The notes under the pieces were generated by a model. That model saw only the letters and a list, made by a program, of their open reading frames with translations. It was not told where the DNA came from and did not search any database. The position numbers were made by a program, and so were the translations under genes. A stretch of DNA of 39,455 bases, from IMG/VR virus record IMGVR_UViG_3300027719_000014; one strand, written 5' to 3'. Origin of the DNA: a virus. Of this stretch, positions 7,949 to 17,702 are shown piece after piece (the stretch's first letter is position 1; the number at the start of each line of letters is the position of its first letter).

Positions 7949-8367
7949 TGGCTATTTACGATGTGATTACTGCCGCGCAAACGCTCGTCAAGGCCGGCGT
8001 GAGCAAGATCGGGAGCGCACCTGTGTACCCGACTTTTTCTGTGCCTGCCGACGTGCTCGTTTGTGAAGCTATGCCAACCAACGTCAGAATTTCGTCGCAG
8101 TCGTCAGGCATGAAGCTAACGTTATTTGATTTGCGGATGGAGCTTGTCAGGCCGCTCGCATCGAACCGGGAGGCAATTGGATACCTCCTTTCTACCCTTC
8201 CTGAAGCAGTCGCTGAAATCTTTCTCGACAACCCTACCATCTCAGGAACATGCAGCACGTGGGAAGGTGAGATTACAGCGCAACCAGCCACCGCAGAAAT
8301 TGCCGGGATTACCGTAATCGGTTGGATCATTACCGTGCCAAACGTAAAAATCAACGGAACGCACTAA
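7948..8367 (+). CDS. Head-tail joining / tail-completion protein candidate (139 aa)
   Basis: TGATG overlap with the adaptor gene; position between adaptor and major tail protein. Confidence 0.5.
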   Translation: MAIYDVITAAQTLVKAGVSKIGSAPVYPTFSVPADVLVCEAMPTNVRISSQSSGMKLTLFDLRMELVRPLASNREAIGYLLSTLPEAVAEIFLDNPTISGTCSTWEGEITAQPATAEIAGITVIGWIITVPNVKINGTH

Positions 8368-8388
8368 CGATAGAAAGCGAGAATAACA

Positions 8389-9384
8389 ATGGGAATCAAA
8401 AAGTTACGTAAATTGCAGATTGGTGCAGAGGGTACCGCTGGTACAGCGGTACCAGCAACCAGTGTATACCGTGCTGAGGACTGCGTGCTGGCCGACATGC
8501 GCGAGGTTGTGCATCCATCCGAGGATATCGGTATTGTCATCGGAACCGACCGCGCCTATGTGCCTTATCTATCTGGCGGACTGTCAATGTCGGCGCACCC
8601 GGCCACATTTGAGCAGACGGGTTACATTCTGTCGGCTGGTATCCAGGATTCAGCAGCCACGGCGGACGGCAGCGGATACGTGTATCTGCACACCATGCCG
8701 ACCACGGCTGTGAACACGACCAAGACGTACACGCTTGAAGGTGGAGACGACCAGGAAGCCGAACGCCTGGAATACGCTTATGTCAAATCATTTAGTCTGT
8801 CTGGAAAGTCAAAAGAAGCCTTGCAGCTGTCGGCTGAGTGGGGCGGACGCCAGATCGCTCTGAACGCGTTCACGGCCACCGCCTCAATTCCGAACGTTGA
8901 AGAGATACTATTCCAGAAATGCAAACTCTACATCGACGCCGTAACCACGCACCCGGCTACAACTCAGAAGGCGCTGTCAATGCTATCGTTTGCGCTGTCT
9001 GTTAACACCGGCTGGTCAGAAAACTACACTGGAGACGGCAACCTATATTTCTCGAACCTGCGCTTTGATGGTGACGCATTCGAGATGCTGCTCGACGTAA
9101 CATTCGAGCATAACTCCGTTGCTGCCGCAGAGAAGGTAGCATGGCGCGCCGGAACAGCTCGTTCAATCAAGCTGCTATGCGAAGGGTCCGCGCTGTTGAC
9201 CCCTGGAACATACAGCTACAAAAGCCTGGTCGTCAATCTGCTCGGTAAGTGGGAAAAGTTCACGGAGCTGGACAGTATTGACGGGAACGATATTGTCACC
9301 GGGACACTGCGCTGCCGGTATGACCCGACCGCCGCGAGCGCAGGTTCAATAATTATTGTGAATGACCTGGCCGCGCTGGCTTAG
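8389..9384 (+). CDS. Major tail (tube) protein candidate
   Basis: Sits immediately upstream of the frameshifted chaperone pair and tape measure, which is conserved siphovirus synteny; 331 aa. Confidence 0.6.
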   Translation: MGIKKLRKLQIGAEGTAGTAVPATSVYRAEDCVLADMREVVHPSEDIGIVIGTDRAYVPYLSGGLSMSAHPATFEQTGYILSAGIQDSAATADGSGYVYLHTMPTTAVNTTKTYTLEGGDDQEAERLEYAYVKSFSLSGKSKEALQLSAEWGGRQIALNAFTATASIPNVEEILFQKCKLYIDAVTTHPATTQKALSMLSFALSVNTGWSENYTGDGNLYFSNLRFDGDAFEMLLDVTFEHNSVAAAEKVAWRAGTARSIKLLCEGSALLTPGTYSYKSLVVNLLGKWEKFTELDSIDGNDIVTGTLRCRYDPTAASAGSIIIVNDLAALA

Positions 9385-9403
9385 TGAATAAAGGAGAGAA
9401 ACG

Positions 9404-9661
9404 ATGCTGAAGATCAATGAAGATATAAGGCTGGTGAACACCTCGAAGTTTTCTGTTCTATGGTCAAAAATCAGAGAGACGGGCACCATATCCCCACGCA
9501 TCAACGAATTAATCCTGAAGGCAGGCATCGAAAGCGGTATCGCGGTTGGCGGAACCGTTGAAGATGTTGACGGCATGAAAACCTCAAAGGTTGTAGCACT
9601 GTCAAACGATGTGATGAAAGCATTTGTATCTGAACTAAGACCGGCGAATGACCCAAACTGA
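9404..9661 (+). CDS. Tail assembly chaperone (gpG-like)
   Basis: AAGGAGAG RBS; 85 aa; slippery heptamer one codon before its stop; lies upstream of the tape measure gene. Confidence 0.75.
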   Translation: MLKINEDIRLVNTSKFSVLWSKIRETGTISPRINELILKAGIESGIAVGGTVEDVDGMKTSKVVALSNDVMKAFVSELRPANDPN

Positions 9662-9936
9662 TAAAGGCGGCCGCGAATTACGCTTATGGCGAATGCGAGC
9701 CGCCCGAAGAACTTGTACTTGCACTCAGGTGCAAAAAATACCATTGCCTTCCAATGAGTATTCCGCTCGTGGAACATCCTGATTGGTTGCTTGAAAGAAT
9801 GAATGTCGCGGAAAACGTGTATAGCGCAATGAGTTTGTATAGAAGCACTCCACCCGGGCAAGAAGCGGAATTTGCCAAACAGTATCCAGACGCATGGAAG
9901 ATTTATCAGGTCGCAAGGAATGTGATCAATGGCTAA
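9404..9936 (+). CDS. Tail assembly chaperone frameshift product (gpGT-like; 9404..9658 joined to 9658..9936 by a -1 shift)
   Basis: The -1 frame is open from 9652 to 9936 with no start codon or RBS until 9754. The product would be 177 aa and ends overlapping the tape-measure start. Confidence 0.65.
9652..9658 (+). promoter_or_regulatory. -1 programmed ribosomal frameshift slippery site C CCA AAC (X XXY YYZ)
   Basis: The heptamer is in the correct register of the gpG frame. A 7-nt spacer is followed by a GC-rich irregular hairpin at 9666-9704 (GGCGGC...GCCGCC). Confidence 0.65.
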
Positions 9937-11197
9937 TGTCATAGAGATAGTCCTAAGAACAATAAATGAGGCGAACTCCGGTATCGAGAGCGCCACAAAA
10001 GAACTTGACGACCTCGAAAAGCAAACCAAGTCCTCTCAAAAAAGGCAGGAAGAATTTGCAAAGGGCGCGGCGCTGGCCGGGACTATTCTTGTTGGAGTTG
10101 GCGCGGCAGTCAAAGACATAACCGACACGTATGTCGAATACGCAAACCAGGTACGGGATCTGAACCAGCTTACAGGCGCACAAGCTGAAGAAGCGAGCCG
10201 GTTAATTCAAGTATCGGACGATGCGCAGGTAAGTTATGAGCAACTTTCGCGGTCGCTTGAATATGCCGTGAGAAATGGTATTGATCCGTCAGTAAAATCG
10301 CTGGCTGATTTATCCGATCAGTATCTTGCGCTTGAGCCTGGTCTGGATAGGTCATCATTCCTGATGGACACATTCGGCCGCTCTGGCATGGATATGGCGA
10401 ATATTATGGAACAGGGGTCAGCCGCCATATACGAGCAATCCAACCAGATCAACACAAAACTAATCCTTGATGACAAGGCTATCGAAAAATCTGTCGAACT
10501 TGCGGCCGCCCAGGATGACCTTGAGGATAGCTTGCTTGCGGTAAAACTGGCTCTCGGAGAATACCTTGTACCTCTGCTGAAACAAGCAGCCGACGGATTT
10601 TTGCTGGTGCTTACCTATAACTACAAACTAAAAACAGCATTTGAACAACACGCGGATGAGGTCATTACAACTTCATCTAGTTATGCAGACTACAAGGCGG
10701 AAATAGAGCGAACCGCAAAAGTAGCCAATATGTATATCGACACCCAGGGCAATCTTAGGGACGGTCAAGGGCGTATATGGGAAATGAACTATCTGCTTAC
10801 GGAAAGCGAATACGCGGTAGAGCAGCAGGTCAAGAAATCGACTGAAGCGATCCTGGCCGAAAACGCAGCCGTAGCAAAGCGGAAAAGTTCCAGCATTACG
10901 ATTGCAACAAATTACACATCGAACCACATATCGGCGTCAGATCCAACCCGTACATATGCCCTGGCTGGTGGATACGCAGACGGTGGAGATTTCGTAGTTC
11001 CGCCAGGATACCCGAACGACAGCTATCCGCTGCGCGTTGAAAGCGGAGAGCGCGTCAGGATAACACCAGCCGGGCAGTCTGGCGGAGGCGGCGGCAATGT
11101 AACCATTGTTTACGCTCCCCAGGCATCTTTCGCTTCACAGGAAGAACTCAAGCGCAACTTGGTACCGCTTGTGCGCCAGGTAATGAGGGGCGCATGA
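9929..11197 (+). CDS. Tail tape measure protein (422 aa)
   Basis: Coiled-coil N-terminus, hydrophobic GAALAGTILVGVGAAV segment, and a region typical of TP901-type TMP cores (LTGAQAEEASRLIQVSDDAQVSYEQLSRSLEYAVRNGI). Synteny agrees. Confidence 0.75.
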   Translation: MANVIEIVLRTINEANSGIESATKELDDLEKQTKSSQKRQEEFAKGAALAGTILVGVGAAVKDITDTYVEYANQVRDLNQLTGAQAEEASRLIQVSDDAQVSYEQLSRSLEYAVRNGIDPSVKSLADLSDQYLALEPGLDRSSFLMDTFGRSGMDMANIMEQGSAAIYEQSNQINTKLILDDKAIEKSVELAAAQDDLEDSLLAVKLALGEYLVPLLKQAADGFLLVLTYNYKLKTAFEQHADEVITTSSSYADYKAEIERTAKVANMYIDTQGNLRDGQGRIWEMNYLLTESEYAVEQQVKKSTEAILAENAAVAKRKSSSITIATNYTSNHISASDPTRTYALAGGYADGGDFVVPPGYPNDSYPLRVESGERVRITPAGQSGGGGGNVTIVYAPQASFASQEELKRNLVPLVRQVMRGA

Positions 11198-12705
11198 AAT
11201 ACGGCAACGGAATCCTTTACGGCAGCGGTACTCTCTACGGCGCAACGGCCTATGATTACCCGCGCGTATTTTGGGCTGTCATGATCGATTGGAGCGGCAA
11301 CGGAAGCTATTCAGATGAGGTCAATAACGCCCGCTACTGCAAAGGCATGACAATCGAGCGGGGGCGAGACTTCTTCTTGAATTCCGATTCTACTGGCTAC
11401 GAACCTGTCGCAGAGGGAACCGCATATATCACGCTCGACAATTACGATGGCAGATACGACCCGTACAACACGCTCAGCCCGCTTTACCCGAACATTATCC
11501 CAGGGAAGCAGCTGTATATCTATGTGAAAAACGGTTCTACGGGCGTGGATTATGACCTGTACACCGGCTACATTGACGACATTCAGCCAGACACCACAAA
11601 TGACACCGTAACGATCACGGCCGTGGATCTCGTGCGTCAGATGAAAGAGCAAAATATCAACGTTGCGGTCGAGACATCGATCACAATCACGAACGCGATG
11701 GAGGCCATTCTTGATGAAGCCGGAATAACCTCTTACGCCATCGACTCAGACCTGACCGCCATACCGTATTGGTGGGTGACGACTAAGACGCCATTTGATG
11801 CCGCACAGGAAATATGCGATTCCACTCTCGGAACGTTCTTTATCGCAGCCGACGGCCGGCCAAAATACTATAACCGTTCGCGGTCCGTGTCGTCTGTGAT
11901 CAGCCCGACACAATCAGAACTGCTGCGCGATATTGGACTTAAACAGCCGTGGGAAATTGTCAGGAATGCAATAGAGGTAAACATCAATACGCGCGTCGTG
12001 CAGGCGTCTGGCGTGATTTGGACGCTGCGAGATAAGCCGTATGTTGCCGCGGGTGCATCCCTTGAGGTGTGGGGAAGCTACTCATATAACAACGCAGCCT
12101 GCCCGGCCGTGAATGTAGCAACTCCATCTGCAACGGCTGACTACACGATGAACACGGTCAGCGACGGCAGCGGAACGAATCTGACGGCCAACTTTTCGGT
12201 AACCATTACAGACTTCGGCGGCACCGTAAAGGTGACGATTGCAAACGGCGGAGGTACTGGCGGGTACGCGACACTCCTGCAGGTCCAGGGGCAGGCAATC
12301 ACAACGCCAGACCCGACAGTCGTAAAGCGTACATCAACTGCGAGCATCGCAAAGTATAAGACCCGCAAGTTCAACCTGGACAGCGATTGGCTGCAAACTA
12401 CCAGCATAGGCGAGACCGTGGCTGACGTTATCATTGATTTGCATTCCGAGGCGCGCAAATTCCCGATTATCAAAATTCAGGCGCGCCCCGAGCTACAATT
12501 TGCGGTAGATCTGTTTGACCGTATTTCGCTTGATATTGCGAAATATGGTATAACAGGCGCGTTCCGAGTTGGCAAGATTCAGCACGAGTGGCTTAGAGAG
12601 AACGGGCAGGAAGTATTGACAACCATGCATCTTGAGCCGGTAGTAAATAGCACCCCAACCAGCGGCAGCACATTGCCGTGGACATTACCAGTAACAATTT
12701 CGTGA
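11194..12705 (+). CDS. Minor tail / distal tail-tip protein
   Basis: ATGA overlap with the TMP gene; 503 aa; first gene after the TMP. Confidence 0.55.
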   Translation: MKYGNGILYGSGTLYGATAYDYPRVFWAVMIDWSGNGSYSDEVNNARYCKGMTIERGRDFFLNSDSTGYEPVAEGTAYITLDNYDGRYDPYNTLSPLYPNIIPGKQLYIYVKNGSTGVDYDLYTGYIDDIQPDTTNDTVTITAVDLVRQMKEQNINVAVETSITITNAMEAILDEAGITSYAIDSDLTAIPYWWVTTKTPFDAAQEICDSTLGTFFIAADGRPKYYNRSRSVSSVISPTQSELLRDIGLKQPWEIVRNAIEVNINTRVVQASGVIWTLRDKPYVAAGASLEVWGSYSYNNAACPAVNVATPSATADYTMNTVSDGSGTNLTANFSVTITDFGGTVKVTIANGGGTGGYATLLQVQGQAITTPDPTVVKRTSTASIAKYKTRKFNLDSDWLQTTSIGETVADVIIDLHSEARKFPIIKIQARPELQFAVDLFDRISLDIAKYGITGAFRVGKIQHEWLRENGQEVLTTMHLEPVVNSTPTSGSTLPWTLPVTIS

Positions 12706-12712
12706 GGATAAT

Positions 12713-13306
12713 ATGGCTGATTATGTAGAAGTTCCAGATTTCACAACCGGTGATAACGTTACGGCTGATAACCTTGACGTTTATCTTAGGGGGAATTTCA
12801 AATCTGTTTACGATGCACTGGTGGCTGGGCGACCGATCCGGTTCGATACTACCGCAAAACACCTTGAGGTATTGCCGGTTACATACGCGAAGTATGTGCT
12901 ATCTGGGAACCTAACGCTCACAAAAAATGCCTACACGACTGTCAACCAGTGGACTGCCGAACATGACGCGAATGGCTGGCTTTCCGCGAATACCAATATA
13001 ACGCCGGGAGCCGGAAAGTATCGAGTATCGGCACAAATCTATTTTTCTGGAATTGAAAACGGAAAAACATTTTACCCAAATCTTCAGAAGCACAGCGGCG
13101 GGGCCGACGCTCTTGTTAGTTATTACTTACAAAGAAATTCTAGCGGCGGAACAGTAGAGGCATACGGAATCTTGCCACCGGTAATTATTGAACTTGCAGC
13201 CGGGGATTATCTTTGGCTAAAGATATATAACGGGAACGCGGTATCGGACTCTGTAATGTATGCCTACGCTGACCGCAATTTCCTAAATATAGAAAAGTTA
13301 TACTGA
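12713..13306 (+). CDS. Tail fibre / receptor-binding protein candidate (197 aa)
   Basis: GAGGAT RBS. The N-terminus (VEVPDFTTGDNVTADNLDVYLRGNFKSVYDAL) is typical of fibre proteins. The C-terminal half is a beta-sandwich-like segment (GKYRVSAQIYFSG...GDYLWLKIYNG) reminiscent of C1q/TNF-like heads. Confidence 0.45.
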   Translation: MADYVEVPDFTTGDNVTADNLDVYLRGNFKSVYDALVAGRPIRFDTTAKHLEVLPVTYAKYVLSGNLTLTKNAYTTVNQWTAEHDANGWLSANTNITPGAGKYRVSAQIYFSGIENGKTFYPNLQKHSGGADALVSYYLQRNSSGGTVEAYGILPPVIIELAAGDYLWLKIYNGNAVSDSVMYAYADRNFLNIEKLY

Positions 13307-13376
13307 TCGCTGTAAAAGCGAAGTAAAAAACGCGTAAACATTTTAGTATTGCGCCAAAATGGTATATGATTAAAGT

Positions 13377-13802
13377 ATGAAAAGAATTATTGCAACTTCC
13401 ATAATACTCTTTGCGGTCATTATCGCAGTAGCATTCGATAACAGTATCGGCGGCTTTGAGTTTTACGGGATCATATACTGCAAATCTGATACGGCTTGCG
13501 TACACGAACGAGGCCACGCGCTTGACACTAAACTCGGAATTCCGAGTTTATCCTATGAATTCAGACATGCCGTAACGGAATACACCAATAGTGCGTTACT
13601 TACCGGGCACAGAACGGAATATTCAGATACTATCATGGTATTTCCGGGCGTCAATCAGCCCAAGACAATGAACGGGTTTGCTTCACAGATACAAGGCGGT
13701 TGGGGTGGTTACACAGAATTGTATGCTACAATCTATGAGATAGCAGACGGTGATATTGACAGCATACCGGCAGAACTACAACAGTTTTACAGAGGAGACT
13801 AA
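13377..13802 (+). CDS. Small membrane-anchored/secreted HExxH protein (putative zinc metallopeptidase-like moron)
   Basis: N-terminal hydrophobic segment MKRIIATSIILFAVIIAVAF; HERGH (HExxH) motif. The gene is AT-rich, preceded by a 70-nt gap with TGgTATATG (13360-13368), and has only a weak RBS. Confidence 0.5.
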   Translation: MKRIIATSIILFAVIIAVAFDNSIGGFEFYGIIYCKSDTACVHERGHALDTKLGIPSLSYEFRHAVTEYTNSALLTGHRTEYSDTIMVFPGVNQPKTMNGFASQIQGGWGGYTELYATIYEIADGDIDSIPAELQQFYRGD

Positions 13803-14519
13803 ATGACAGCATCATTTCCAAGTACAGTAAAATCATTTACAGATAAAGTCGATGCAGTTGATGACGTAATGGCGGCTGATGTCAATTCGGCATATGCTGA
13901 AATAACGGCAGTTGAGACTGAATTATTGTCGCTTACTACCATCGGCGCGACCTCGGCCGCGGTCACAGCGGGAACAGCAACGAATAAGGCTATCACGCCA
14001 AAGTCGTTGGCAGATGCTGGGATAACTGCAATATCTGCTGCAAGCACTACTTCTCAGGGCATCATAGAAATAGCTACTAACGCGGAAGCAATTGCGATGG
14101 CTGATACCGAACGAGCCGTTACCCCAGAAAATCTCAAATATGCTTACAAAGTTCCAATTATGGGTAACTCAGGTGGCGCAACCATCGCTGGTGGACAGAC
14201 GAGATATTGTGGGGTGGGCGCAATAAACGCCACAGAATCGTATGTTTATGTCCCTGTTCCATTCGCGTGCGTAATCCGCAATCTATATGTTTATTCGGAC
14301 GGTTCTCCTGGCGCAGGGCAAACATACACGGCCACGCTCAGGAAAACGATAGCAAACACCGCTATTACCTGCCAAATCGTAGCAGGGTCAAATGCCGCGA
14401 ACGATACAACACATAGCGTTTCGTTCAACGCCGGGGATAGATGGGCTATTATGATTGTTTCAAGCGCTACCGCCGTCACAACCTCCATAGCATTTTCCTT
14501 CGAAATTGATCTCATATAA
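13803..14519 (+). CDS. Tail fibre protein
   Basis: GAGGAG RBS. Motifs GTATNKAITPKSL and GIIEIATNAEAIAMADTERAVTPENLKY resemble the conserved phage tail-fibre repeat. Confidence 0.6.
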   Translation: MTASFPSTVKSFTDKVDAVDDVMAADVNSAYAEITAVETELLSLTTIGATSAAVTAGTATNKAITPKSLADAGITAISAASTTSQGIIEIATNAEAIAMADTERAVTPENLKYAYKVPIMGNSGGATIAGGQTRYCGVGAINATESYVYVPVPFACVIRNLYVYSDGSPGAGQTYTATLRKTIANTAITCQIVAGSNAANDTTHSVSFNAGDRWAIMIVSSATAVTTSIAFSFEIDLI

Positions 14520-14555
14520 TGGCAACCACCACCAGACGCGAAATATAGGAGAGTT

Positions 14556-15434
14556 ATGAACACAGTCTTTGTAAACCGCATCAATAATGTCGACCCGAAA
14601 AAATACATGGAAGACGCCAAAACTTACGGTATCAGCGAACTGGTGTACGTCGTCTGCGAAGAGACTAACACACGCATGAACCTCAAGGCCGCTGACGAAT
14701 ACTCGGATAAGTGGATTACAAAACCGATGGAGCTCGCGCCCGCTGGCCTGACTGTCGGCATGGCTCACAAGATCGGCAATAAGATCGCGTCGGCTACTCA
14801 GGCGCGCGCATTCGCTGACCGCGCAGCCGAACATGCAAGCCATAGCCACATGGGGGCGCTGTATGCTATGTTCTCACCCGCGTCAACTGTGTCGGCCGGC
14901 GGCGGGGATGCTTACGTAAAGTACATCCGTGATCATTTCCCTAAGCTAAAGCTTGTGTACGTTGGCCCCGGCAGCATTCCATGCGCTGGTGCGCAGGCCG
15001 TCATTGAGGCGTCCGACAAGATGATCTTATCGACCGCTCTGGATTGGAACGGTGCGTATCACGGCTCGTTCGTAGCTCACCAGAATATGAACAAGGTTGC
15101 AAAGATTGCCCCGATGATCTGCCTACGGTCTGCGACTGAATTCGGATACACCGCCCCGGCGAAAAAGAAGCACGCCGCGCAGGCGATTGAGTTCTACAAG
15201 GCAGCCATGCGCAGCGACTGCTGGACGGTCGGAATCTGGAACCACGAAATGATTGCGTACGTAGATAAGCTCATGCTGTCGCTGATTTGGACGCGCGAGA
15301 CCGCGCCGGTTGTAATCGAACCAATTCAGGTTGATGATGTAGAGACTGTGACCATGCAGGACATCACCGATCCAGAAGAACAGCACAAGTACCTATGGGC
15401 CGACTTTTTGAAGCGTAACGGAATATCGCAATAG
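14556..15434 (+). CDS. Hypothetical protein (292 aa), last gene of the tail block
   Basis: AGGAGAG RBS; no recognisable motif. Confidence 0.65.
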   Translation: MNTVFVNRINNVDPKKYMEDAKTYGISELVYVVCEETNTRMNLKAADEYSDKWITKPMELAPAGLTVGMAHKIGNKIASATQARAFADRAAEHASHSHMGALYAMFSPASTVSAGGGDAYVKYIRDHFPKLKLVYVGPGSIPCAGAQAVIEASDKMILSTALDWNGAYHGSFVAHQNMNKVAKIAPMICLRSATEFGYTAPAKKKHAAQAIEFYKAAMRSDCWTVGIWNHEMIAYVDKLMLSLIWTRETAPVVIEPIQVDDVETVTMQDITDPEEQHKYLWADFLKRNGISQ

Positions 15435-15563
15435 TGGCAATGTCAGCCGGCTCATACCCGCATGACGTACCCCCATATATGGCGGTTGTAATGCTGGCCT
15501 GAATGATATATACTGAATGGGGCTGACATACGGTCAGTTTCATTTATGAATGGAGGGCATGCA

Positions 15564-15824
15564 ATGGATAACGATCATACGTATTGGTATTTACCAGAGT
15601 TTATTGATGCGTTCAAAAAGCAGTTGGTAGACGATGAGAAACGATGGGGCTTTACGTGGCTGAGTAGAACTCGCAAGGGTCAGGAAGAACGAACCATCAA
15701 AAGCATCAACGGCAAATTCGACAAGTATTTGATTGCTGGTCAGCCTATCGAGTGGCTGAAAATTATCGGTGATTGCTTTATTTGTTGGGTGCGCGAAAAC
15801 CACAAAGAGAGATGGCCGGAATGA
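15564..15824 (+). CDS. Hypothetical protein (86 aa)
   Basis: GGAGGG RBS precedes the ATG at 15564; the ORF-track start at 15546 lacks one. ATGA overlap with the endolysin gene. Confidence 0.6.
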   Translation: MDNDHTYWYLPEFIDAFKKQLVDDEKRWGFTWLSRTRKGQEERTIKSINGKFDKYLIAGQPIEWLKIIGDCFICWVRENHKERWPE

Positions 15825-16603
15825 CAGATTATCCGATCATCATCGACCTGTGGGAAGAGAACGCAAAATTTGATGAACAAACAGCGAAAGACGCTGGTAT
15901 TCTCGGAGTTGTCATCCGACTAAACGATATGGGCGGCGGCCATCACATCGACACGAACGCACACAACCAATGGAATCAGTCGTCAATCTTCCCTGTTCGG
16001 GCGTGGTACTTCGTGTACAACCCGTGGGTGAAGGGGGCAGTCAACGCTAAGTGGTTCCTTGACAACTTCCTTGTATGCGACGGTAAAACTATGTTCCTTG
16101 ACGTAGAGGTAAAGAAAACTGGCTATTCGTCTAAGGAATATGCCAACCAGGTAGAGGACTGCATCCGCATCCTGAAAGAATCCGGGTGGAAAGTGGTTAT
16201 CTATACCGGTTCGTGGTTCCTGTCTTATCTAAACCGCTGGCCGAAAGACGTTGATTATTGGTGGGCGCGATACCCTGACGCGGCAAAACCGACAGCGAAC
16301 ACATGGCCTGAGTTGGTGCAAAAAGTTCGGGCGCTGAACTGGACGCCAGACCTTATCAACGGAAAAAATGTTTCACCTGGCGAAGTAAAACTATGGCAGG
16401 TGTCCGATAAGTGGTCGCCTCCTGGATGCTACGGCCACGCCATTGATGCGAATATCTTCAATGGGACTGAACAAGAATGTTTGAGCTTCTTCGGTGTGTC
16501 TCAAAACACTCCCATTCCAGAGCCGACGATAGAGCATTGGTACGATGGCATGTCAGACCACGATATATTGATGGACTTGCTCACCGGGGTACATAATTTA
16601 TGA
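15821..16603 (+). CDS. Endolysin, GH25-type muramidase
   Basis: The pattern D-x-W/E...GVVIRLND...AWYFVY...FLDVE...VVIYTG...YWWARY...LWQVSD...IDANIFNGT follows the GH25 (Chalaropsis-type lysozyme) motif order. The start is chosen at the ATGA overlap. Confidence 0.7.
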   Translation: MTDYPIIIDLWEENAKFDEQTAKDAGILGVVIRLNDMGGGHHIDTNAHNQWNQSSIFPVRAWYFVYNPWVKGAVNAKWFLDNFLVCDGKTMFLDVEVKKTGYSSKEYANQVEDCIRILKESGWKVVIYTGSWFLSYLNRWPKDVDYWWARYPDAAKPTANTWPELVQKVRALNWTPDLINGKNVSPGEVKLWQVSDKWSPPGCYGHAIDANIFNGTEQECLSFFGVSQNTPIPEPTIEHWYDGMSDHDILMDLLTGVHNL

Positions 16604-17469
16604 GGACATTATGGGTATCTGAGAGCGACACACACGGCGGCAACAAATTCGGGCTTATGAACCCAGCAGTAGAATTGGACGAAATTGACGTAGGGGAAGA
16701 TGGAGAAGAAGAGGTAGTAGGAACGTACACACCAACATTGACACAGGCGCAAAAGGAACTATGGGCGCTGCGAGAAACAAACATGACCACGCTCCAATCC
16801 ATCGCGGCCAACTACGATAAGGTTATTTATAGCCATAACGGTGACGTAACACAGGGTATAAAGCACCCGGCGGCTCTGGTGTCCACCAGGCAAGCGGATC
16901 AAATCAGCATAGCGGTCAGCAACATGGTTCCGTTGATGGAACTGCCAGAGACAAAAACCGTCAGGTTCGCGTCCGGTACGGAAGCACATAATTTTGGTCA
17001 GGCAACGTCTGATATACTTGTAGAAAAGCTATTGTCGGCAATGTATCCTGAGAAGAATATCAAGGTAAGAAATCACGGCTTTGCAACTCTCGAAGATGGA
17101 TTTACGGTTGACTACGGACACCACGGCCCGCATCCTGGTACTCGCTCGTGGCTCATGGGCAATGTTGCAAGATTCTATCTTCGTGATATTATGATGAATA
17201 GAATAGCAGCCGGGTTGCGTCCTCCCGACTTGGTAATTCGCTCCCACTTTCACACTCCAATTTGGGAAACATTGCGGTACGGCGGGTTTACAAGCCACAT
17301 CGTTATTACACCGTCAATGTGCATGGTGGACGATCACACATTACAGGCAGTCAGATCACCGGAAAGTGTCACGTGTGGCATGATGGCGTTCGACATTTAC
17401 GACGGCAAACTGATTGATTTGTACCAGTACACGAAATCATTTAGCATGTTGCAAGAGGAAAAACTATGA
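16600..17469 (+). CDS. Calcineurin-like metallophosphoesterase
   Basis: Motifs SDTHGG (DxH), NGDVTQG (GD), GTEAHN (GNH-like), DYGHHG and RSHFH (GHxH-like), in canonical order. Confidence 0.7.
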   Translation: MRTLWVSESDTHGGNKFGLMNPAVELDEIDVGEDGEEEVVGTYTPTLTQAQKELWALRETNMTTLQSIAANYDKVIYSHNGDVTQGIKHPAALVSTRQADQISIAVSNMVPLMELPETKTVRFASGTEAHNFGQATSDILVEKLLSAMYPEKNIKVRNHGFATLEDGFTVDYGHHGPHPGTRSWLMGNVARFYLRDIMMNRIAAGLRPPDLVIRSHFHTPIWETLRYGGFTSHIVITPSMCMVDDHTLQAVRSPESVTCGMMAFDIYDGKLIDLYQYTKSFSMLQEEKL

Positions 17470-17702
17470 CAATCCGAGACGAACTTGACGAACTATTCAC
17501 AGAACTCGACAAAGAAATTCTCCCGCAGTTAGAAGACGGCGACATTACCCGCAAGATGTTGGCCGAGGAAAAGCGCGTGTCTGAAAATACAATCAAGCGT
17601 ATCATGAAAAAATTGGTAAAGTCAGGCGAATGGGTTGAGGTAATAAAGCGGGATAAATACGGCCCGGTTACCACTTACAGAAAGGCGGTGCATGATGAAT
17701 AA
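17466..17702 (+). CDS. Small winged-helix/HTH DNA-binding protein candidate
   Basis: 78 aa. ITRKMLAEEKRVSENTIKRIMKKLVKSGEWVEV is a helix-turn-helix plus wing pattern. ATGA overlap with the upstream gene. Confidence 0.5.
   Translation: MTIRDELDELFTELDKEILPQLEDGDITRKMLAEEKRVSENTIKRIMKKLVKSGEWVEVIKRDKYGPVTTYRKAVHDE

Noticed and set aside
9346-10029. 227-aa minus-strand ORF across the chaperone / tape-measure junction
   Set aside because: It is antisense to the syntenic, RBS-preceded G/GT/TMP genes and would break the late operon; it is a shadow ORF.
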